Below, one piece after another: positions 25,601 through 36,600 of a DNA stretch of 64,000 nt. Within the stretch, counting starts at the first letter, position 1. Every line of letters begins with the position of its first letter. The DNA comes from Bugula neritina (lineage: Eukaryota; Animalia; Bryozoa): assembly GCA_964035545.1 (NCBI GenBank), contig OZ037768.1, positions 22,973,319 through 23,037,318 on the forward strand. The letters are read 5' to 3'. Under the pieces are notes generated by a model that was given only the letters and a program-made list of their open reading frames with translations, did no database searches and was not told the DNA's origin. A program made the translations under genes and the position numbers.

Positions 25601-27486
25601 CTTTATTCTTGATTTCCCAACTCTTTCTTATTTTACTCTAATTTTAATTATATTTTCAGATATCTTTTGTTACTTTTCTCTCTGTGTCAATAATTTTTAT
25701 GTGGCAGTTGTTACATGACAGTTTTCTACACTTCCTGTCAGTTTTAGTGTTGAAATACCGTTGTAATTTTCTCACGTACAATAAATAAGTTCACTGTATA
25801 TCATGATTGAGTTTACTGTATATCATGACAGTGAGTTTACTGTATATCATGACGGTGAGTTTACTGTATATTATGACAGCTGGTAACTGTGAGGGACTGA
25901 TGGTGAAGACGTTAGATGAAGACGCAACCTACGAGATTGCTAAACGTTCCCACAACTGGCTGAAGCTGAAGAAGGACTACTTGGAAGGCGTCGGGGACAC
26001 GCTAGACCTCGTTGTGATCGGCGGGTATCACGGGACAGGAAAGAGGGCCGGCAAGTATGGCGGCTTTCTCCTGGCGTGTTACGACGCCGAGAACGAGGAG
26101 TATCAGACCATCTGCAAGGTGAGACAACCATTTCTAGTTACTTGTTTCTAGTTTTACTCCTGAAATTATAAATTGCCAACCGGATAACAACTTTAAAAAA
26201 TGTTGATAATTTATTAATAATATGTTGGGGATTGACTTCATTTACCTAACATGGAGTTATGTGACCTATTAAAATTACTTATGATATTTTAAGTAGCATA
26301 TATTATATATATATACATAAGTAGCTGTGGTCTAGTGCTCTGGCTTAGCAATCACATAAAGTCCTGGTTTGCTTCTTGTCAGGAATGTAGCTCCTGTGAT
26401 ACAGTCTTTCTTTCTCTTGAAAATCCAATCAGATATTCTCACAGGAATGGAGACTTTAAAGTGTAAACAAACATTAGTTCGTTACTACAATATAAATCTG
26501 TAGCATTCCGTGTCACAGTTATTGTTGAGCACATAACTCCAAGAAAGACTAAGCTCTTCTCTTACAGATTGGCACGGGGTTCAAGGATGAGGACCTGGAC
26601 TCCCACTTCACTTCGCTGAAAGACTCGGTGATAGACAAGGCTAAACCCTACTACCGGTGTAACTCCACTCTCGCACCTGACCACTGGTTCGACGTCACAC
26701 AGGTCTGGGAGGTCAAATGTGCTGACATGAGCATCTCACCCGTACACAGTGCTGCCGCAGGCTTGGTAAGATATTAGTATACAGTGCTGCCGCTAGCTTG
26801 GTAAGGTATCAGTATGCAGTGCTGCCCTTATCCAGCTGTCACTAAAACTCAGTTCCACTGTCTACAAACATAGCTATGAGCTATCACGGATTTCTGGATT
26901 GGGTTTGTGATATTAAATTACTGGATTCTCAATATTGAAAAAAATTATCACATTACTTTTTATTTTAATGAAGTATTATTTTGTAAATTGTGGTAATTGC
27001 GGTATTTAATCGACTATGAAAATGTATCTTTATTTATACTTTGTGTTCAGGTTGACTGTGAAAAAGGTGTTTCTCTAAGATTTCCCAGATTTATGAGAGT
27101 CAGGGAGGACAAAACTCCAGAGCAAGCTACAAGCAGTGCACAAGTAAGAGACAATATCTTTCTGTCCCCTAAGAATTCTGTGCTATGCCTTGTGTGCATA
27201 CTTACATGTTCTTATAATACTTACAGCTTCTTAAAATACTTACACTTTTTTGCAATTATAAGACCACATATATTATTGTGTATATTACTATGTTATTGTG
27301 CATATTACTATATTATCGTATATATTACCATATATATTACTATATTATTGTGTATATTACTATATCATGGTATATATTATTGTGTATATTACTATATTAT
27401 TTCAGATAGCGGAGATGTACAGAAATCAAGATCAAATTCAGAACCAAGACAAGTCATCCAAAACCATGGAGGAAGATTTTTATTGA
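9577..27486 (+). CDS. LIG1: DNA ligase 1 (21 coding exons)
   Basis: Exons 9577-9596, 9712-9759, 10519-10666, 11550-11664, 12234-12343, 12537-12808, 18291-18431, 19552-19608, 19896-20068, 20856-20920, 21820-21921, 22283-22451, 23313-23406, 23861-23946, 24270-24385, 24478-24684, 25103-25319, 25880-26118, 26568-26765, 27051-27143 and 27406-27486 are phase-compatible. Motifs: N-terminal PIP box MSQKSIRSFF, YHPVEDA.W, active site [49 protein letters not shown] and terminal EDFY. Confidence 0.97.
12575..12782 (+). repeat. Coding 21-bp tandem repeat in a LIG1 exon encoding (APSPVKK)-type heptads
   Basis: Translation [49 protein letters not shown] ... [14 protein letters not shown], with nucleotide periodicity of 21. 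Confidence 0.9.
13312..16148 (-). CDS. Secreted collagen-repeat plus gC1q-domain protein (C1q/CTRP-like), nested antisense in a LIG1 intron
   Basis: Exons 16148-16063 (signal-peptide-like [23 protein letters not shown]), 15130-14949 (CPC..C then Gly-X-Y), 14856-14785 (Gly-X-Y), 14059-13882 (VAFSVSR...[11 protein letters not shown]), 13744-13592 ([17 protein letters not shown]) and 13438-13312 ([18 protein letters not shown]...TMFSGYLLE stop). All joins are in phase. Confidence 0.92.
16281..16355 (-). repeat. Short tandem array containing five GTAAGT donor-consensus copies upstream of the C1q gene ATG exon
   Basis: Plus-strand ACTTAC recurs five times in about 16-bp units (CAATAACTTACTTCA). 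A matching acceptor (tatttcag) lies at about 16180. Confidence 0.7.
18510..19551. repeat. 27-bp minisatellite (TATATTATATTGTGTTACATAGTATAC)n, about 37 copies, filling a LIG1 intron
   Basis: Tandem array running directly into the 3' splice site at 19550-19551. It explains the 415-aa and 352-aa repetitive ORFs. Confidence 0.97.
22512..23018. repeat. (GAGT)n tetranucleotide microsatellite, about 500 bp, in a LIG1 intron
   Basis: Directly visible. It explains the (LTHS)n minus-strand ORFs. Confidence 0.98.
25338..25431. repeat. 20-bp minisatellite (GTTGCTATGGTTACCTGAAT) x5, each unit containing an RFX X-box-like motif
   Basis: Units start at 25338, 25358, 25378, 25398 and 25418. The three central units read GTAACCATAGCAAC on the minus strand, matching GTNRCC-NN-RGYAAC. 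Confidence 0.85.
25787..25879. repeat. 24-bp tandem repeat (TGAGTTTACTGTATATCATGACAG) x about 4, ending at a LIG1 acceptor
   Basis: Directly visible. The last unit supplies the CAG acceptor at 25877-25879. Confidence 0.9.
26742..26827. repeat. 35-bp tandem duplication of a LIG1 exon 3' end plus splice donor (2.5 copies)
   Basis: gtacacagtgctgccgcaggcttg|gtaagatatta, then gtatacagtgctgccgctagcttggtaaggtatca, then gtatgcagtgctgccc. Confidence 0.88.
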
Positions 27487-27686
27487 TTATAAGAATAATG
27501 TAATGTAAGAAATGAGATAATTGATTATTATTACACCAATTCACCAGTCAGATTGTCTGTACTATGTATGGGATATTGAAACAGACAGTATCTCTTATAT
27601 TTATATTGTATTTTCATGTTTTCACATGGGAATGTCTTGTATTACTTTTATGCCATCCTCTTAATATACGTGTACATATGACGCGA

Positions 27687-30600
27687 CTACGAGTACTTTG
27701 CTTTCTCATTCGCTAACGCCAGTCGCCTGATATTACTAATGCAGCCCGCAGCCGCTTCCTGTAGCACGGTATCTTCTGATCCTACCATCTCCATAAGGGG
27801 CTTCACCACCCCCGCCTCGTGCATTGTAATGCAGTTGTCTGGGTCTTTGGATAGCTGAAAGAGAGCCCTAGCCGTGGATCTGTGTACGTGCTTGTCTTTA
27901 GACTTGAGGTAATGTACAAGTGGCGCCACCGCCCTTTCGTTACCAAATGATACCCTGTTGTTGCCCCAACTGCAGCACCTTGCGATGGCCTCAGCTAAGT
28001 GCCGTCTTAATTTGTCATCAGTCTAGAAAATATTAATTGAAGATTTGAATATTGCAAGTGTATGTATCAGCAATTAGCTAAGATTTAATCTTTCAAACTG
28101 TATAGCTGCAGTTAGTTTGCAGACGCTACGTATCAAGTCTCCAAATGCACATTCGATTGCTACTCACTGTGTTGGTTAATTTCGCTAACATAGGCACTAC
28201 TCCATGATCTGTAATAACAGCTAAATTCTCCTCGTCTTTTGCTATGTTTGCTATTGCTGCGCACACACTCGCTAGCACTTCCTGTTCTTCTGATTTGAGT
28301 AAGCTAACAATGAGCTCTAAACCGCCTACAAAGGACCTCACCATCTCCCCTGCATCCTGTAACAAGTTTGTATACAGAGATTACAACATAAGGGTTGTTC
28401 AAATCATTTGGAAATTTGAACTATTGTGACGGTAATTTTTTAACAAAAGAGGCAGAGTTCTTACCTTCGCGTTCTCTATACAAGGACAAATGGCCCAGGC
28501 TGCACTTGCCTGTACCTCTACATTCTGATTCTTCAATAAAGACCAAAGTAGTCTCACACCATCCAGTCTGTCTATGATACTACAAAGATATTACAGAAGA
28601 CATCTTTAATTATCTGTAATACCATCACCATTGTGAAAGGCAGCTTTTAAAGACATTATAGGAGAAATTTTTTATAAAACTATAACAATATTTGTTAGGT
28701 GCTAACTGTGATTATCATGAAGTTATAGACAGCAACTCACGCCATGTTATCCGGCTCTTCTGCACACTGACCCACTGCTCTGGTGACATTGATGAGCAGA
28801 GCTTGATTGGTGCCAGTCAGTAAATGAACTAATGGGGAGATTCCACCAGCCTTCCGGATCTGTGCTCTGTTGGGTGGATCTTTGGCACACTCTCCAAGAG
28901 CTCCCACCACGTTTACCAAAACCTGCTCAGCAATTCGTACCACACATATATATGTAATATCTCACACTAAAGCCGTGCAAACATTCCATGCAACTAAATG
29001 GTTGAGCCCAATGATGAGATATTTATAGAAATGAAGCAACGGCTAAATCATAATTATCAAACTTTAAAAGGAAGCCAAAATAATATGAAAATAGCACGTA
29101 CTGCAAGAACACAACTGTTTATAGTTAATAACTCTGCATTTTATTGGTTTGGCTATATTTTTTCATACTTATAAAATAACATGAAATAAAGCTGTAATTA
29201 TTTGACATGGAAATTACTAAAGCAAAACACTAAAAACCCAGAGTTACCTTCTTGTGTCATGACCTTAAAGAAGGCAACTCTAAATTGTTGAGAAAACTAT
29301 GCTAGAATTAATTACAAAAACAACTAGGTCCACAGTTGCATACTTCCATCACAGGAAGTTGACAAACTACACACCTTTCAGAACAAGACAATTACTCACT
29401 GTTGACTCAACAAGAACCATACTCTTGCTGCTGTATTATGCAATAGACACTACTGAATACTGAACTAGATGATAAAATTAACATTGAGGGAACTCGGACA
29501 TCAGATATATAATGTACTCAATTTACCTAGTATCTACCAAAAGTTATTTCTCCTATTATAAGTAGAGTCTGTGATAAAGACCAATAAAACTAGCCAGGAA
29601 AAATTTAAAGAATTTTCATATTTTAGTGGGTAAATGGGGTAACGCTCAAACTGTTTAATTATAACAAAAAGTTGTTTAGAATTCAATCATTTGGAGCTGA
29701 ATTTATTTAAGAATATTGTTCATATTGTTTAAAGTAAAATGATAGCAAAGTTGATTTCAAAACCTTATTTTCATCGTTACCCAGCTGTTGAATAACTTAT
29801 TCCCTGGTTTGCTAAACAAATATTTTAAAAACTAGCATTTTCTACAAACTTAGCATCCTAAATGTGAAATCATAGAATAAGAATGTGTGCCATTAGCTGC
29901 TAGGTACTTGTGAGCAATATTTACTTGAAGCAGTACATGCAAGTTGAATTCGAAAACAAAGGTCGCCAGGGATGTTTTACAAGGTTACATAATGAGTGAA
30001 ATTCAACATGCATGTATTAAAACTTTGAGAAGAGAGCACTATACTCCCTTCAGTCTTAATTTTGCAAAAACTTACTCTCCAGTCTACATCCTCTCTATGC
30101 TGAAATATATAGCAATCAAGCGTTACAACACTAGATATCAATTGATTGCTATATACATGTTGCACATTCAACTTGTGGAAAGGAAAGTTACAGCCATGTA
30201 TAAGCTAGACATTTAGCTTAAGGGAAAGATATAAAGCATAGCACCCTGTCCAATACAATACATAGCAACAATTTAAGTATGAAACCATTTATGGATCTGT
30301 TTTGGTTATCGGCTACTAAAAAAGAAACAGAAGTGGTTTCATTGCTTATAGCTTCTCTTGCATGACCAATTGAGGAAGTAGACAACAACAATTATGAGTT
30401 ATTTGTTGTTACCTCCATCGATACAGGAAAATTTACCGCAGCCAACTGCAAATTACATAACTTTTGTAATCTACACGCTACTTGGTGAAACATGAAGCAT
30501 GTCTGAAAGAACACCTATTATTTTATCACAAACAGCTGAGTTTTTTGCAGGCTTAATATTGAATCCTGTAATAGACATAACAGAAAGGGCTAGTATAATG

Positions 30601-33600
30601 CAATGCATTTACCTCTTCAGGCTGATCATTGAGTAGATTCACCAAGAGGTCAATTGCTTTTAGTTCTTGAAATTTCTGTACATTCTCGGCGCTGATAGCA
30701 CACTTCCAAATGGCTCCAGTAGCAGCTGCTAGGAGTTCCTTGTTGTCCACATTGTTGAGCAAGTTCACTAATGGGTACAGACCGCCATATTGTTTCACCA
30801 AGTCTCGGGTTTCTTTTTCTTCCGCACACTAAACAGCAATATTGAGGTTTAAAGATAATCATGTTTAAAGACAAATTTCTAGAGACGCGGACATTAATTG
30901 TATTAGTGTCGAGAAGTTAATAGAGTCTATATTATATCGCAGATATTATATCTCAGAAGTCAAAGTTCTGTAAACTTTTTAATTTTAGAAACACTATTTC
31001 AAATTTATTAAGAGTTAATAATCAAATTTTTGACTATATTTAATACAAAACAAAAAAATTATACATTAAGTCTACCTTAAATATGGCGCTAGCACAGTGC
31101 ATCTGTAACTCAGCATTTTCTGACTTGAGGTTAGTTACTAAGTCTTCTATCATCCCTTCTGTCCGGATGGCTAGACGGTAACTAGGTTCTGAGGCGCACT
31201 CCTGGAGAGTGCCCACCACCGGCACCAGCATACTTTCATGTGTGGACTTGAGCAGCCTGGCCAGTAGAGGTATGGCCCCGGCTTTTCTCATCGCCTGAGG
31301 AAGGTTTCACATGCTACTACAGTGTTTCAAACCGGGATACATTTTAAATTTCTTTTTTTTGTGGATTATTGGAGGAAAATGCAAGCACTATCTAAGGGGT
31401 GACTACATTGCTCTATTAGCTACTAGGGTTAACATGATGATCTTGTATTGTAAAACTCTTCTTCATTTATCAGTTAAACAGTTGAAATTTATCAAATCTC
31501 TTTAACATAAAAGCATTAAACTTAATTCCACAATATAGGATGGTAAAAATGTTGTATGAATACACTGTTTAAGGTAAAATGATTGCTTTCTGGTATTCTA
31601 GAATGTACTGTAAAACCCTTCTGGTTAACAGCAGTGAATCAAAACTCATTTCAATATCAACAAGTGTCTGTTGGCAGAAGAGCTTCAAACTATAGTTATG
31701 GTTGTATATTACTTCTACCCTTTCAAAGACTGCTAATTCACATTACTTTAGCCAGTAGAGAATAACTCTAAACGTTTCATACATGTTCCAACTGAACATG
31801 GGGTCACTATGAGTTACCCAGAAACCCCTGCATGATGTAGTCAGTACTAAGACTATCTCTCAGTAGATATCAGGATGTGATGCGAGTTTTTACAAGCATT
31901 TTAAAACATGAAGTGTCCTTCACTAATATACAGGGGTTGTCCTGAATAAACAGTGTTGATACTTTTCAGCTTGTGTGACCCCATAAATGTCACATACCGA
32001 GTTATTCACTGTAATTATGGTATTAGTTTACAAAGCAGTACGCAGGTAAAAATACTCTAGATACTAGAGCATTGCTGAAAAATTTACCTGCTTGTTCTTC
32101 GTGCTTTTACTGCAACTCCACAGAGCCAGAGCACCACACCTGGCTACTTCTACATCCATCTCATGTTCTGGGGTGCTTGCTGTGCTTAGGGGAGCGCAGT
32201 CTAACAGCCCCACCTGTAAGTAGAAAATATAAGAAAACCAGTCTAATTTTTTGTTAAAATAACGAGTTCAAATTTAGCGAATTACAAATTTTTTTATCAA
32301 AATAATGTAAAATTTACTAACTAATTGAATTCTGTAAATTATATTTATATTGACTTCACACTAATTCACGGCCTACCAGCTTCCTGATGCCGCCATGTTG
32401 CCGTACGGTTCTCCTTGCTCGTCTGAACTTGGCCACGTTGGCGATTGTCTCAGCGGACAGAGCCTTCAGCTGCTTGTTGGGATCTCTCAGGATCTTCACC
32501 ATCGTCTGCAGCCCTCCGAGATCCGCGATGGCTTTGCGGATCTGAGCATTCTTGGAGATGTACTTGAGGATGTTCAGAGCTCCGATCTAATAGTAAACAG
32601 TGTATAGTCTACTAAAGTGAGTAGTTGTTGTTCAGTATATAGTGTGATCAGTTGTATAGTTGTAGATATTGAAATGTTTAGTTTATTATAGACTAATTTT
32701 CATATTTCTGTGTTGTCACCTCTGCTTTTTCAAATGCACTCAGTTAGAAACATAATGATGGTTACTAAAAAGTAAAAATAAAATAGACTTGGAACCTACT
32801 TTGCATTTGATGTCTTCAGTGTCGAGAAGGTTGATGAGAACTTCCAACCCTCCCACATCTCTGATGGCCAGCTGAATAGTTTCCTGGTTAAGATTGAAGT
32901 CTCTCATTGCACACAGTGCTATGATGGTCGCTGTTTGGTTTCCTCCCTGAAGACATTTGGTCACAATTTTATTGACAAACTTTTAATCTTTGAAAAATAT
33001 AATTCGATAATTAAATTTCTAATGTCAGTAAAAGTGAGCTCTAACTTTAATAGCTGTGTTTCACCTCTAATTTTACTAGTTACTGTTTCATCTCTGACTT
33101 TACTAGTTACTGTTTCAGCTCTAAATTTAGTAACTACTGTTTCACCTCTAACTTTGCTAGTTACTGTTTCATCTCTGACTTTATTAGTTAACATTTCAGC
33201 TCTAAATTTATTAGTTATTGTTCCAGCTCTAGTCATTGAGAATGTTCTGTTACCTTCAAATATTTGACGAGTTTCTGTATTTGCCAGTAATCAGACGGCA
33301 GATCAGAGCCGGCATCCTGTCGTCTCTCGAGTACTTCCTCTTCCTCCTCCGACTCGGAAGAACTCTCACTGAAGGAATCTTCTTCCTGGTACGGAGTCTT
33401 TGACTTCCCTCTACCAACAAAATCAACTCATTAACAGATGACAGGAAATTATGAATAGTTTTTATTGGGAAAGCAGTTTCTCGGTCCTTGTGTGAGCATT
33501 TCGAATCGTGTATAGAGAGTTTCTATCTCGCATATGAGAGAATATAAAGAGCCGAGGCTATTAGAAATAACTGTGTTGTAAGGGAGATGTCTACCTCTTC

Positions 33601-36600
33601 TTTTTGGTCAACAGATGGTGGGCCATGGTGCTGTAGGGGTCTACAGCTTTTATAAACCGGCGTCTGGCCACATTTAGTATGTGATACGGGAATTGAGTTG
33701 AACGCTGCGACCCAAACAAGTTAGCTATTCCACTAGTTGGTGAACTGCGTCTCTCTTTCCATCGGTTAGACTGAGCAAATGACATGAATTCTGTCTTGTG
33801 TTTAGCAAATCAGTTGGATAACTTGTGGATGTTTGTTGAAAATGATTTCCACAAAATGAGGAAATTAAAATCGCCAAATAGCACTCTTGTGAAAAAATTT
33901 GAAGTTGAGTTGTACATTGTGCTGTACTGTACGTTTTACGCGAATACAATTATTGGCTTCTTTTTACTGATGCAGGTAAAAAAATGAATACTTTTTTATT
34001 AAAATACTTCATAATGAGTAACCAGGTAATTAAATTAAAATTGATTTAAAAATTTGATGTCTTTTCTAAAACTTTAATCTAGAGCATTGGAACAAAATTT
34101 AAAACTAATTTATTTCAAGTAATTGGGGTGGGAAGTTAGTATTCTTTATTTTATTATAATGTGTGTTTATTACGTTATGTCATCGGCTTGTTTAGTATAA
34201 TTACCTTGTTTGTAGGTGAAAATATGCCAAACGAAATTACAATGAAATGAAAACTTGAGAAGTTGAATAATCTGGATAAGAATGAACTGTAAATCAAAAT
34301 GGCTGCCGTACCTGGATGCTAGAGGTCTGCGTGGTTTTATTGCTTCTGAGCCTTTGGTTTCTGCATCAGCTTTAGCTACTACTTTTTTCTTTCTAAAGGT
34401 AAAGACATAAACTTATTTTTATGGCAGCAAAAAAATTTCTATAGATCACAGGCTAATTTTTCTATATAAACTTCTATTTGGTATACAAATGTGGTTCATA
34501 ATGTTTTGCATGCAGCATTTCAACTTTCGACTTTGTTATTAACCTATCGATAATTGAAACATAACACAATTAGCTGAAGATAAGTCTAACGATGCATTTT
34601 TGTAGCAAACATACTTTTTATCTTTCAACTTATTATGTTTATTTTAAAAATACTTACAATCTCCACAGCAAAAAAAACATGTATTTATTCACATGACATT
34701 ACAACCAGTTAAACTATGGATTTTTCTTCTAGCAGCAAAGACTGTTCATAAATAAAATTAGCATTTAACATGACTTTTAACCTTTCTTTATGTATTAGCA
34801 TTTAATTAACACCATTTAACCCTTCTTTGTGTACATAATACAACTAAATGTAGTAACTAGATAGAACAAAATAATATAATGAATAAATACAGCTAGTATA
34901 TATATAATCATGAATATTACTTGTCAGCTTTGGGGCTCTCTTCTATCCACTTTAAAGTTGGTTCCAAATGCTTCTTGGTTTCTTTACGGCCCTTGTTTCT
35001 CTGTTCCTCATCTTCTTTTCTCCTCAACTCTCGCTCTTTCTCACGCTCAGCCTCATTGGCGTTAGCATCATCTTTACGGGATTCAATCATTGTCACATCC
35101 TATTGAATGTGCAGCATTTTTATATTATTTACATTATGTATATACAAATATGAAACATGTATGATAATATACTTATAAAAATATATACTAAATACTATAT
35201 TATTATATCACACTATAATATTTATAAAGTTATATAATATATGATTCAAACAGGCTATATAATATGTTATATTATGCTGTTATAATATAGCTATAATAAT
35301 ATATTACACTAAACCTTTCTTTTTTCATACTATGTTATCATATATTTTAATAAATAATTTATATGACCTATATCACTACACATCTCTTACCACACAGTGT
35401 GTATGAAATAGACCAATGTTATAGTTATGTAACTGTACAAATTTTGTATGCTGAAATGGAAACACCACAAATCATAGATTTAAACTCTATTTGAAAAAAT
35501 TGCAGCTATAAATACTACACTATAAATACTACAAACCCAAAGCTAAGAAAATGTGATCTAGCAAATATAATAAGTTGAAGAGATCAAATGTTGTGTAGAA
35601 TATAAAGATTAACTTAAATATGCCATCAAGTCTAGTGGAGAGAATAAGTAAGTTAGTAATAACTTGACTGCAACAATTTTTCTGCTTTTCTTAGACTTAG
35701 AGCAGAGAAACCAAACTTATGCACTCAATGAAAAAAATCTACAATTTAAGGCAAATGAAGCATTGGGAAATATCCAAAAGCCTATACTCTAGGAAGAATG
35801 TCAAATAAGCCACAAAATTTTTGATTTTCTACAAAATTGCATATAAAACAAAAAATTTCTCTATTATCGCTGCCAAAAGCAAAATTTGCCACTAAAGTAC
35901 ATAAAATTAAGAAATTTGAATTATATGCTGGAATATTTTTAGAATAAATGAATAGCAGCGAAGTAGGATTTTACAGTAAAATTAATCCAGCTTATATCTA
36001 AATGAACTAAAACAAAACTTGGAAAAAACTGACAAAGCAAAATCGAATATGGGAAACTACTTGTGGGAAATCTAGCAAATCTATATGGAAAAACTAACGA
36101 CTATATTCTAGGAAAAGGCAAAAAAGAATAGTCACTTTGATAGACTTACACTCGCAGCTTTGTGTTGCTTCCTGCTCTCTAAAGGCTAGAAAATAGTTAA
36201 ATTAAATTTACAAACTCCTTGTACTGTGTTAATGCTAACTACTTCTACTAAATACAAATGAACAAAAGAACTTCATTATTATATCAATAATCTAAAGGAT
36301 TAATTTCAAATTGCACCGATCAATAACCAATAATTTAAGCTGAATTTACTGCTAACCTATGACACTCCTTAAGTTTTTTCTTATTAAATATTCAAGTGAG
36401 TTTAAGAGTTCTTGAATTTAAAAATGTATGGTTGAGCCAATGAGCTACATTGTACTATAGATCTTTCTTTATCTTCAAATACACTGAAGAATATATAATT
36501 AGTATTATAAGCATTTGAAACATTCATAATTTCTATTCTTAAGAAAATTCAATACTGCTTGCTACTAGCATTTCACACATAAACACTTGTAGACTAAAAA

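Noticed and set aside
26320-26400. A-box/B-box-like sequence suggesting a tRNA or tRNA-derived SINE (similar weak signals near 17050-17200 and 21120-21260)
   Set aside because: No cloverleaf and a degenerate B box. It cannot be supported without a repeat library.
29944-30216. Opposing ORFs in an ARMC4 intron as a second nested gene
   Set aside because: No motifs and no consistent splice structure.
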